14,903 bases of DNA from Nitrospirota bacterium. Lineage in GTDB: Bacteria > Nitrospirota > UBA9217. The notes under the pieces were generated by a model. The model was not told the DNA's origin, did not search any database, and saw nothing but the letters and a program-made list of their open reading frames with translations. This document shows positions 1 to 7,607 of this stretch, piece after piece. Each line of letters opens with the position of its first letter. The first letter of the stretch is position 1. The translations under genes were made by a program, and so were the position numbers. The DNA is taken from positions 1 to 14,903 of the forward strand of contig CAVWHO010000012.1 in NCBI GenBank assembly GCA_963754875.1, given 5' to 3'.

Positions 1-27
1 GATGGTTGCAATTCACTATGGAAAGTT

Positions 28-1060
28 TTACCGTTGACTCATTTCATGGGTCGCATTGATGAACTCGGCCGCGTTTTCGAGCGGCGTTTGCTGCAGGATG
101 CCGTGGCCCAGGTTCATGATGTGGCCGTTCCTTCCGCTGGCACGGTCAATGATCTCCTTCGTCCGTTTGCGGATGAACTCCTTGGAGCCGAAGAGCGCGA
201 TGGGGTCAAGGTTGCCCTGGACGGCCTTGTCAAAGCCGACGCGTTTCCAGGCCGTGTCGAGGTCGCAGCGCCAATCGAGGCCGATCACGTCGCCGCCTGC
301 CTCGGACACCATTTCCAGAAGATGGCTCGCACCGTTGGCGAAGTGGATAAGGGGAACGGATTTTTTGATCCCCGCAATCACGTTTTTCTGATGCGGCAGC
401 ACGAACTCCCGGTAGTCGCTCGGCCCGAGGGCGCCCACCCATGAATCAAAGAGCTGGACGACCTGTACGCCGGTATCGATCTGGGCATTCAGGTAATTGA
501 TAATGACGCCGGTAAGGTGCTCCATGAGCTTGTGCCAGGCCTGCGGCTCGGCGAACATCATGGCCTTGGCGTGCTCGTAGTTTCGCGAACCGCCGCCTTC
601 GATGATATAGCTCGCAAGCGTAAAGGGCGCGCCGGAGAAGCCGATGAGCGGCACCTTTCCCGCCGAGTTCCTTCAGAGCGATCTTGATGGCCTTCATGAG
701 ATACTCGATCTGGCTGGCCGCATCTATGGGCTTTAGCTTCTGCACGTCCGCCATGGTGCGGACGGGATTGTGGATCACCGGTCCCTCGCCCTTGGCAAAT
801 TCGAGGCCGATGCCCATGGGTTCGAGCGGCAGGAGAATGTCGGCGAAAATGATCGCAGCGTCGATTTCGTACCGCCGCACGGGCTGGACCGTCACCTCAG
901 CAGCGATCTCGGGCGTCTTGCACATCTTGAGGAAAGTGTGCTTTGCGCGGATATCGCGGTATTCCGGCAGATATCGCCCTGCCTGGCGCATCATCCAAAC
1001 GGGAGTACAATCCACCGGTTCTCGCCTGCATGCTTTAACGAATCTGTCTGCTCTGGACAT
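28..1060 (-). CDS. hemE: Uroporphyrinogen decarboxylase (~343 aa after removing one extra base at ~656-661)
   Basis: N-terminal ORF has TPVWMMRQAGRYLPEY and DAAIIFADIL. C-terminal ORF has PLIGFSGAPFTLASY, QLFDSW, VQGNLDP and NLGHG. The halves join if one base is removed from GGG AAA GGT GCC (restores ELGGKVPLIGF). SD AGGAG at 1068-1072 on the minus strand. Span 1033 nt = 3n+1. Confidence 0.95.
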
Positions 1061-1149
1061 TCATGGTCTCCTGGTCAATTTAGTGTGTCCCGCAGCCGAC
1101 TTCGCTGGAGGGTACTTAAAATCACTATTATGGCTCACAACGAGCGTTT

Positions 1150-1178
1150 ACTATAGTATGTTACGAGAGAAAACTCAA
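1150..1178 (-). promoter_or_regulatory. Putative sigma70 promoter for hemE
   Basis: Minus strand reads TTGAGT (1178-1173), 17-nt spacer, TATAGT (1155-1150), about 90 nt upstream of the hemE ATG. Confidence 0.55.
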
Positions 1179-1304
1179 GTAATTTCTCTTCTTCGGTAAA
1201 CCACAAGTAACAGGAATGCAATGTGACGAACGCGGGGTGCGCGCACGGGAAGTTTTTGTTACTCTTTTCTCCACGTCACAACTCACAGGGAGGCGGCTGG
1301 GCTG

Positions 1305-1690
1305 ATGGCAGAGCCGGAAAAAATCGTTGCCAGGTTCCGGGACAGGAAATTAGTGAGGGGCGCAGTGAAGGATTTCCGCATTGACTCCGATGTGGTAGTC
1401 ATCAAGGGGGAAACACCGGGACAGGAGTGCGGGTCGAAATTGTTGACCTGAAAGCGATCCTTTTCGTCATGACGTTTACTGGCTATAGCAAGCATATCGA
1501 AAGAAAGGCATGTGGGCTTGGGAAACTCATAGAGAAAAATACTCCGGTGATGTTCGATGACGAAGAAACGCTGGTTGGTAAGGTATCGCAAGGTGGTTCC
1601 CGATCTATGACGAGTCCCGCAGCCACCCGTTCTCATAAAAAAGTCAGTCCTTATGTTGAGAGAAGTCGTTTGTTATTGATTCCCCAATAG
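1305..1690 (+). pseudogene. Degenerate, frameshifted DUF6982-like small protein gene
   Basis: SD GGGAGG at 1288-1293, ATG 1305. Reads MAEPEKIVARFRDRKLVRGAVKDF to TGA 1449-1451, and continues in another frame as VRVEIVDLKAILFVMTFTG..ERK..G..VMFDDEETLVG. This matches my recollection of the DUF6982 pattern (KVVARF.DG...KG...DF / LKAVFFVK.F.G / V.F.DGE.LVG). Similarity appears to end near 1585. Confidence 0.55.
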
Positions 1691-2053
1691 CCCTTAGGCG
1701 CCAGATCAAAAAACTCCAAAATAAATAATCCAAACTGGTCAATGCAACAGCGAGTAAATCTGAATTATTGCTGGAGGGAATTGTTTTTTCAAACGTCAGG
1801 CCGGATACTTCAGTTTATGTGTGAGTCTTATGGCGTGCCACCAAGGCTGAAAGTCGAGCGGGAGACTGTGATACAATTACTGAGAGGCAGTTTTTATAAC
1901 CTTGGGGTGCATTTTGACAGCACTTTTTCGATTTTTTCAGAATATGGTACCGTAACCTGCACGGCCGGATATGTGTTGATTTAAAGAATGATGAGCGAAC
2001 GTTTTGGGAACGATAAATATATAATTGTTAGCTTGTTCATTATGCAATACTGC

Positions 2054-2083
2054 TTGACAAAGTGCGCGCTTTCCGTATAAAAT
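2054..2083 (+). promoter_or_regulatory. Putative sigma70 promoter for cysS(-rlmB)
   Basis: TTGACA 2054-2059, followed by TATAAA (2076-2081, 16-nt spacer) or TAAAAT (2078-2083, 18-nt spacer). AT-rich upstream; ~55 nt before the cysS ATG. Confidence 0.7.
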
Positions 2084-2137
2084 CAGCGTTCTAACCATAA
2101 GTCATGTTTACACATCAATCGAGGGTGCTACAATCGT

Positions 2138-3613
2138 ATGATAAAAATTTTTAATACTCTTACGGGAAAGAAGGAGGAATTCATTCCCCTCCATCCAGGC
2201 AAAGTAACCATGTATGCCTGTGGAGTGACCGTGTATGACTATTCCCACCTCGGGCATGCACGAGGTGCTGTTGCCTTTGACCTGATTCAACGGTATTTTC
2301 GTCGCAAGGGATTCGACGTAAAGTACGTGAGGAACTTCACCGATATCGATGACAAGATAATCAACCGAGCAAAGGAAGAGGCAATCACACCTGCTGAAGT
2401 TGCGCACAAATATATTGATGCTTACCAGGAAGATATGAAGCGCCTGGGGGTAGGCAGAGCCGATGTCGAGCCGAAGGCCACCGAACATATTAAAGAGATG
2501 ATTCAGGTCGTCCTGGGGCTCGTGGAACACGGGCATGCCTACGTAGTGGACGGAGATGTTTATTTTCGCGTCGCCAGTTTTAAAGACTACGGCAAACTAT
2601 CGAAGAGGAACGTAGAAGACTTGAAGGCCGGTGCCCGCGTGGAGGTCGATGAGCGCAAGCACGATCCCCTTGATTTTGCACTCTGGAAAGCGTCGAAACC
2701 GGGTGAACCAGCGTGGGCCAGTCCCTGGGGACCGGGCAGGCCGGGTTGGCATATCGAGTGCTCTGCCATGGCGTTCAAGCACCTTGGTGAGACGTTTGAC
2801 ATCCACGCTGGCGGTAAAGACCTAATCTTTCCGCACCACGAAAACGAAATAGCTCAGAGCGAGGCATATTCGGGCAAAAAATTCGTGAATTACTGGATCC
2901 ACAATGGTTTCGTGAACATCAACCAGGAGAAGATGTCCAAGTCCCTCGGAAATTTCTTCACAATTCGCGACATCCTCGATCAATACGACGCCGAAATAGT
3001 GAGGCTTTTTCTCCTTTCCACGCACTACCGGAGCCCGATCGATTTTTCGGATGCTAACCTGAAAGACGCCCGGGCAGGGCTCGACCGATTCTACACAATG
3101 AAGGAAGCGATAGTGCAGTTCCTTGCAGGGAAAAAATCATCAACAGTCAAGCCGGAGGATGTCATCGAGGCAACGGATCGGGAACTCTATGAAAAGATTA
3201 TGAGCCTTCCCAAAGCCTTCGAGGATGCGATGGACGACGATTTCAATACTGCCTTTGCTATTGGGCTTATGTATGACCTCGTCCGCGACGTGAACAAGTT
3301 CATTGCCGAAGCTGACAAAAAGAATACCGATGCAGCGTACATTATCCTGTCCGCAGCCCTTGACTCTTTTGCAGATGTGAGCAAGACGCTCGGCATTTTT
3401 CTGCGAAGTCCCGAGGATTGGTTTAAAGAAGGAAGGCTTACGGACAGCAAGATTGCTTTTTCTTTGGAACGGATCGAAGAGTTCATTCATCTCAGGAACG
3501 AAGCTCGAATACGCCGGGACTGGGCCGAAGCGGACCGAATAAGAAAGCTCCTCATCGATGGCGGGGTAGAATTATTTGACCGGGCTGACGGCACGGTGTG
3601 GAAACCGAAGTGA
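2138..3613 (+). CDS. cysS: Cysteine--tRNA ligase, 491 aa
   Basis: CGVTVYDYSHLGHAR (HIGH-type motif), RNFTDIDDKII, DFALWK, GRPGWHIECSAM, FPHHENEIAQS, KMSKSLGN, MDDDFNT. SD-like GAGGGTG at 2121-2127. Confidence 0.98.
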   Translation: MIKIFNTLTGKKEEFIPLHPGKVTMYACGVTVYDYSHLGHARGAVAFDLIQRYFRRKGFDVKYVRNFTDIDDKIINRAKEEAITPAEVAHKYIDAYQEDMKRLGVGRADVEPKATEHIKEMIQVVLGLVEHGHAYVVDGDVYFRVASFKDYGKLSKRNVEDLKAGARVEVDERKHDPLDFALWKASKPGEPAWASPWGPGRPGWHIECSAMAFKHLGETFDIHAGGKDLIFPHHENEIAQSEAYSGKKFVNYWIHNGFVNINQEKMSKSLGNFFTIRDILDQYDAEIVRLFLLSTHYRSPIDFSDANLKDARAGLDRFYTMKEAIVQFLAGKKSSTVKPEDVIEATDRELYEKIMSLPKAFEDAMDDDFNTAFAIGLMYDLVRDVNKFIAEADKKNTDAAYIILSAALDSFADVSKTLGIFLRSPEDWFKEGRLTDSKIAFSLERIEEFIHLRNEARIRRDWAEADRIRKLLIDGGVELFDRADGTVWKPK

Positions 3614-3727
3614 TTCCAGAGGATTAAGGGAAAGTTTTAGCTCACAAATCTCGCAAAGTATGAAGACGCCTGTTGCCGATTTGCGCATTTCCTTCATGAT
3701 ATTCGTATTTTTTAAGCGTTCACTTCT

Positions 3728-4477
3728 ATGCCTAAAGACAAGATATTCGGCATCAACCCCGTACTTGAGGTGCTTAGATCAGGGAGGCCGATACGGCGGC
3801 TGTTGGTCGCTGACCAGCGAAAAACTGACCGCGATGTGAAGGAGATCCTTCGGCTTGCTAGGAGCAGCGGTATAGAGCTGAGAATGACGAGCCGAGATGC
3901 CTTGAACCGCGAAGCGCCGCAGACAACGCACCAGGGAGTGATTGCCTTTGTCTCCGCCCGGGAGTATGCCGAGTTCGAGGATATCCTCAAAATTCCGGCC
4001 CAGAAGGGGCAGGCTCCATTATTCCTTATTCTGGACGGCGTTGAGGACCCCAGGAATCTCGGAGCCATTCTGCGAAGCGCCGACGCAACGGGCGTTCATG
4101 GAGTCATTATCCCCGAACGTCGCGCGGCTGGCCTTACAGACACGGTTGCTAAAGCCGCAGCTGGAGCGCTGGAATATGTAACGGTAGCTAAAGTCGTAAA
4201 TATTGTAAATACCATTGAGGCTCTCAAAAAGGCTGGAGTCTGGATAGTGGGTGCCGAAGCAGGAGGCGACACGGTCTACTGGGACGCTGACTTTATACGT
4301 CCGACAGCTCTGGTGTTGGGTGGCGAGGACAAAGGGGTACGTAGACTCGTGAGAGAGCACTGCGACTACCTTGTGTCATTACCTTTGATGGGTAAAATCA
4401 GCTCCCTGAATGTATCGGTGGCCGCAGGGGCATTACTCTTCGAAGTGTTGCGGCAGCGGAGAACCAAGAGCTCATGA
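3728..4477 (+). CDS. rlmB: 23S rRNA (guanosine-2251-2'-O)-methyltransferase, SPOUT/TrmH family, 249 aa
   Basis: HQGVIA, LDGVEDPRNLGAILRSA, AKAAAGA, LGGEDKG and SSLNVSVAAG motifs. Lies in its usual position downstream of cysS. Confidence 0.93.
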   Translation: MPKDKIFGINPVLEVLRSGRPIRRLLVADQRKTDRDVKEILRLARSSGIELRMTSRDALNREAPQTTHQGVIAFVSAREYAEFEDILKIPAQKGQAPLFLILDGVEDPRNLGAILRSADATGVHGVIIPERRAAGLTDTVAKAAAGALEYVTVAKVVNIVNTIEALKKAGVWIVGAEAGGDTVYWDADFIRPTALVLGGEDKGVRRLVREHCDYLVSLPLMGKISSLNVSVAAGALLFEVLRQRRTKSS

Positions 4478-4546
4478 ATTGTTTGCGCATACATTACAAT
4501 AATTAAGACCTATTTTTATTAAGCTCGTTTAAGTTGATCTTTTTAC

Positions 4547-4576
4547 TTGACAAGATTACCTACAATATCATATAAT
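4547..4576 (+). promoter_or_regulatory. Strong sigma70 promoter of the tRNA-tuf operon
   Basis: Consensus TTGACA (4547-4552), 18-nt spacer, TATAAT (4571-4576). AT-rich upstream; 80 nt before tRNA-Thr. Confidence 0.85.
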
Positions 4577-4655
4577 TACTATTCTTTGGCGCGACAGCCG
4601 CGGTGCGCGCATTTTTGTAACGGTCTTGCAGGTCTTAGTGCGTCCAGAGGATTCT

Positions 4656-4731
4656 GCCACCGTAACTCAGCTGGTAGAGTAGCTGATTTGTAATCAGCCT
4701 GTCGGGGGTTCGAGTCCCTTCGGTGGCTCCA
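4656..4731 (+). tRNA. tRNA-Thr (anticodon UGU)
   Basis: Acceptor GCCACCG/CGGTGGC, anticodon arm GCTGA-TT TGT AA-TCAGC (anticodon 4689-4691), T arm GGGGG-TTCGAGT-CCCTT, encoded CCA; 76 nt. Confidence 0.97.
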
Positions 4732-4789
4732 CTTTTATTAATAATTTATGTAAGTCGCTTTAATCAATGAGGAAGATTGTTGCTGCGTC

Positions 4790-4875
4790 GGGGAGGTGCC
4801 CGAGTGGCCAAAGGGAACAGACTGTAAATCTGTCGGCGTCAGCCTACGGAGGTTCGAAACCTCCCCTCCCCACCA
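4790..4875 (+). tRNA. tRNA-Tyr (anticodon GUA)
   Basis: Acceptor GGGGAGG/CCTCCCC, anticodon arm ACAGA-CT GTA AA-TCTGT (4824-4826), long variable arm, T arm GGAGG-TTCGAAA-CCTCC, encoded CCA. Confidence 0.97.
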
Positions 4876-4884
4876 CTTAATTGA

Positions 4885-4943
4885 ATTACGGATTGGAAAT
4901 TGCGTTTAAATCCTAAATGTGCACTCCAAAGTCCGAGATCGAA
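4885..4943. repeat. Degenerate palindromic 7-bp tandem array in the tRNA-Tyr/tRNA-Gly spacer
   Basis: Left units ATTACGG ATTGGAA ATTGCGT. Inverted-type right units AATCCTA AATGTGC ACTCCAA AGTCCGA. Same unit family as 6419-6488 and 8032-8105. Confidence 0.55.
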
Positions 4944-4944
4944 T

Positions 4945-5021
4945 GCGGGAATAGCTCAGCTGGCTAGAGCGCAAGCCTTCCAAGCTTGGGGTCGCGGGTT
5001 CGAATCCCGTTTCCCGCTCCA
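4945..5021 (+). tRNA. tRNA-Gly (anticodon UCC)
   Basis: Acceptor GCGGGAA/TTCCCGC, anticodon arm CAAGC-CT TCC AA-GCTTG (4979-4981), T arm GCGGG-TTCGAAT-CCCGT, U73, encoded CCA. Confidence 0.97.
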
Positions 5022-5070
5022 TTTAACTGTTTAAACGTTTCAACCATTCGAACAGCTCAATCGCAGCAAT

Positions 5071-5146
5071 GCCCATGTAGCTCAGTTGGTAGAGCACATC
5101 CTTGGTAAGGATGAGGTCAGCGGTTCAATCCCGCTCATGGGCTCCA
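5071..5146 (+). tRNA. tRNA-Thr (anticodon GGU)
   Basis: Acceptor GCCCATG/CATGGGC, anticodon arm CATCC-TT GGT AA-GGATG (5104-5106), T arm AGCGG-TTCAATC-CCGCT, encoded CCA. Completes the thrU-tyrU-glyT-thrT-tufB type order. Confidence 0.97.
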
Positions 5147-5214
5147 GTAAGTAAGTGGGCGTTTTTTGTGTCAATAGAAAATAATTTTACACTTCCTTAG
5201 AGGAGGCGGACAGC

Positions 5215-6414
5215 ATGTCAAAGGCAAAATTTGAAAGAACAAAACCACATGTAAACGTGGGCACGATTGGCCACGTAGACCACGGCAAGACAACGTTGAC
5301 GGCAGCCATCACGAAAGTGCTTGCACTCAAAAACTTTGCGAGCTTCGTGGCCTACGACCAGATCGACAAGGCCCCGGAAGAACGGGAGCGCGGCATCACG
5401 ATCGCCACGGCGCACGTGGAATACCAGACAGACAAGCGGCACTATGCCCATGTCGACTGCCCCGGCCATGCCGATTATGTGAAAAACATGATCACGGGAG
5501 CCGCCCAGATGGACGGAGCGATCCTGGTGGTGTCCGCTGCAGACGGCCCGATGCCCCAGACACGGGAACACATTCTTTTGGCCCGCCAGGTCGGCGTGCC
5601 GTATATTGTTGTTTACATGAACAAAGTAGACATGGTGGACGACCCTGAGTTGATCGAGCTCGTCGAGCTTGAGATCCGGGAGCTGTTGTCCAAGTACCAG
5701 TTCCCCGGAGACAAGACGCCGATCGTCAAGGGAAGCGCCTTAAAGGCCCTCCAGAGCGACAGCAAGGACATCAACGCGCCTGAGTACAAGAGCATCATGG
5801 AACTCATGGAGGCCATCGACAGCTACATTCCCGAGCCGAAGCGCGACATTGACAAGCCGTATCTGATGCCGATCGAAGACGTGTTCTCGATTGCCGGCCG
5901 GGGAACAGTGGTGACGGGCAGAATCGAACGCGGCATCGTAAAGGTGAGCGACGAAATCGAGATCGTGGGAATCAAGCCCACGCAGAAGACCGTGGTGACG
6001 GGCGTCGAGATGTTCCGGAAGCTTCTGGACCAGGGGCAGGCTGGCGACAACGTCGGGGTCCTGCTCCGTGGCGTTAAAAAGGAAGACGTGGAGCGCGGCA
6101 TGGTGCTGGCGAAGCCCGGCAGTATTACCCCGCACACCAAGTTCAAGGCCGAGGCATACATTCTGACGAAGGAAGAAGGGGGCCGGCACACGCCGTTCTT
6201 CAACGGATATCGTCCTCAGTTCTATTTCCGGACGACCGACGTGACGGGCGTGGTGAAGCTTGCCGAAGGCGTTGAGATGGTAATGCCTGGGGACAATATG
6301 ACCTGCAGCGTAGAACTCATTACCCCGATCGCCATGGACCAGGGCCTGCGTTTCGCCATCCGCGAGGGCGGCCGTACCGTGGGCGCCGGCGTTATCACCC
6401 AAGTGATCGAGTAA
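5215..6414 (+). CDS. tuf: Elongation factor Tu, 399 aa
   Basis: [24 protein letters not shown] and [21 protein letters not shown] 5201-5206. Confidence 0.99.
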   Translation: MSKAKFERTKPHVNVGTIGHVDHGKTTLTAAITKVLALKNFASFVAYDQIDKAPEERERGITIATAHVEYQTDKRHYAHVDCPGHADYVKNMITGAAQMDGAILVVSAADGPMPQTREHILLARQVGVPYIVVYMNKVDMVDDPELIELVELEIRELLSKYQFPGDKTPIVKGSALKALQSDSKDINAPEYKSIMELMEAIDSYIPEPKRDIDKPYLMPIEDVFSIAGRGTVVTGRIERGIVKVSDEIEIVGIKPTQKTVVTGVEMFRKLLDQGQAGDNVGVLLRGVKKEDVERGMVLAKPGSITPHTKFKAEAYILTKEEGGRHTPFFNGYRPQFYFRTTDVTGVVKLAEGVEMVMPGDNMTCSVELITPIAMDQGLRFAIREGGRTVGAGVITQVIE

Positions 6415-6418
6415 TTCA

Positions 6419-6488
6419 ATTGCGGATTTCAGATTGCGGATTTCGGATTTTTCGTTCCGCATTCCGCAATCCGGATTCCGAAATCAAT
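6419..6488. repeat. Palindromic 7-bp tandem array (tuf-rpmG spacer)
   Basis: ATTGCGG ATTTCAG ATTGCGG ATTTCGG (6419-6446), short spacer, then TTCCGCA TTCCGCA ATCCGGA TTCCGAA (6455-6482). About 23 of 29 positions are complementary between the arms (hand count). Confidence 0.9.
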
Positions 6489-6507
6489 ATAGAGTGAGGC
6501 TATTATC

Positions 6508-6660
6508 ATGCGGGAAATCGTTCTTCTCGCTTGCGGTGAATGCAAGCGCAAAAATTATTCAACGACAAAGAACAAAAGAAACACGCCGGACAAGCTGAAT
6601 CTGGATAAATATTGCCGATTCTGTCGCAAACACACGGTGCACAAGGAAACGAAGGCATAG
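6508..6660 (+). CDS. rpmG: 50S ribosomal protein L33 (bL33), zinc-ribbon form, 50 aa
   Basis: Translated by hand (absent from the ORF track): [50 protein letters not shown]. Two CxxC pairs; usual position between tuf and tRNA-Trp/secE. Confidence 0.97.
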   Translation: MREIVLLACGECKRKNYSTTKNKRNTPDKLNLDKYCRFCRKHTVHKETKA

Positions 6661-6694
6661 CTTGGAAATGCATGGCGATGCGGGGTTAGGACAC

Positions 6695-6770
6695 AGGCCA
6701 GTAGCTCTAATGGTAGAGCTCCGGACTCCAAATCCGGCTGCTGGGGGTTCGAGTCCCTCCTGGCCTGCCA
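6695..6770 (+). tRNA. tRNA-Trp (anticodon CCA)
   Basis: Acceptor AGGCCAG/CTGGCCT, anticodon arm CCGGA-CT CCA AA-TCCGG (6728-6730), T arm GGGGG-TTCGAGT-CCCTC, G73, encoded CCA. Confidence 0.97.
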
Positions 6771-6803
6771 TTTTTCCAGAATCCTGTGTAGAAAGAGGCT
6801 TGC

Positions 6804-6989
6804 ATGTTTAATAAGTTGGTGGAATTTATCCAAGAGGTAAAGCTGGAACTCAAGAAGGTCGTGTTTCCGACAAAGAAGGAGGTCATTGGTTCTACCTGGG
6901 TGGTGATTATCACCGTACTTATTTGCGCCTTTTTTTTAGGACTGGTAGATATGGGCCTGGGAAGGCTAATGACCCTTGCCTTTAAGTAG
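6804..6989 (+). CDS. secE: Preprotein translocase subunit SecE (single-TM type), 61 aa
   Basis: FIQEVKLELKKVVFPTKKE motif followed by one hydrophobic helix; lies between tRNA-Trp and nusG. Confidence 0.96.
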   Translation: MFNKLVEFIQEVKLELKKVVFPTKKEVIGSTWVVIITVLICAFFLGLVDMGLGRLMTLAFK

Positions 6990-6996
6990 AGATCAT

Positions 6997-7542
6997 ATGC
7001 CGATGAATTGGTATGTAGTTCATACATATGCAGGTTTTGAGAACAAGGTGAAGACCAATGTCTTGGAGACGGTATCGAAGCTTGGCCTCCAGGAAAAAAT
7101 AGGACAAATCCTTGTTCCGACCGAAGAGGTTCTGTCCATCAAGGCCGGGAAAAAACGCAAATCGCAGCGAAAATTTTTCCCTGGCTACATCCTTGTCGAA
7201 ATGGAGATGGACGATAATACGTGGCATATCATCAAAGAGACACCCAAGGTGACCGGTTTCGTAGGCGGCAGCACGAACCCGACACCCTTGAGCGATGATG
7301 AAGTGAAGACCATCCTCAAACAGACCGAAGAGGGAGCGGTGGCCCCGACCCAGCCCAAGCATGCGTACCAGAAGGGCGATCGCGTCAGAGTTATCGATGG
7401 ACCGTTCAGCAGCTTTATCGGTACGGTGGAAGATGTCAATCCCGCGCACGGTCGGCTCCGGGTGATGGTGAGCATTTTTGGGCGTTCGACGCCAGTAGAG
7501 CTTGAGTTCCTTCAGGTAGAGCGGGAAAAAGAAGCTAAATAA
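6997..7542 (+). CDS. nusG: Transcription termination/antitermination factor NusG, 181 aa
   Basis: [38 protein letters not shown] domain [23 protein letters not shown]. Start ATG 6997 (or 7003) preferred over the ORF-track start at 6976. Confidence 0.97.
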   Translation: MPMNWYVVHTYAGFENKVKTNVLETVSKLGLQEKIGQILVPTEEVLSIKAGKKRKSQRKFFPGYILVEMEMDDNTWHIIKETPKVTGFVGGSTNPTPLSDDEVKTILKQTEEGAVAPTQPKHAYQKGDRVRVIDGPFSSFIGTVEDVNPAHGRLRVMVSIFGRSTPVELEFLQVEREKEAK

Positions 7543-7607
7543 CTGATAATTTTACGATTTAATATTTTACAATAAAAAAGCGATAAAATAAAACAGGAGT
7601 ATGTTAG

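Noticed and set aside
1..27. Start of a downstream heme gene on the minus strand (GTG AAT TGC AAC CAT)
   Set aside because: Only five codons are visible, so it cannot be supported.
654..662. Programmed -1 frameshift at GGGAAAG in hemE
   Set aside because: The heptamer is not in X XXY YYZ phase and a +1 shift is required.
1590..1640. Minus-strand peptide VAAGLVIDR resembling a NUDIX/MutT N-terminus
   Set aside because: Too short, has no in-frame start context, and no Nudix box follows.
1823..1840. Sigma54 promoter on the minus strand (TGGCACG)
   Set aside because: The -12 TTGC element is missing (reads AAGA).
1747..1960. T-box riboswitch upstream of cysS (CAGCGAG...GCTGGAG and TGGTACC at 1945-1951)
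   Set aside because: No antiterminator helices around TGGTACC and no terminator or sequestrator. The variable base T would not pair with the U73 of tRNA-Cys, and a strong promoter lies downstream at 2054-2083.
1742..1984. 80-aa plus-strand ORF in the AT-rich tract
   Set aside because: No SD, no recognisable motif, and it overlaps promoter-like sequence; likely spurious.
6419..6488. CRISPR array or intrinsic terminator interpretation of the repeats
   Set aside because: Units are 7 bp with no unique spacers between them, there are no cas genes, and no U-tract follows the stem.
7543..7595. Imperfect inverted repeat in the AT-rich nusG-rplK spacer
   Set aside because: Low-complexity AT-rich DNA gives such matches by chance; no clear period, promoter or L1 motif.
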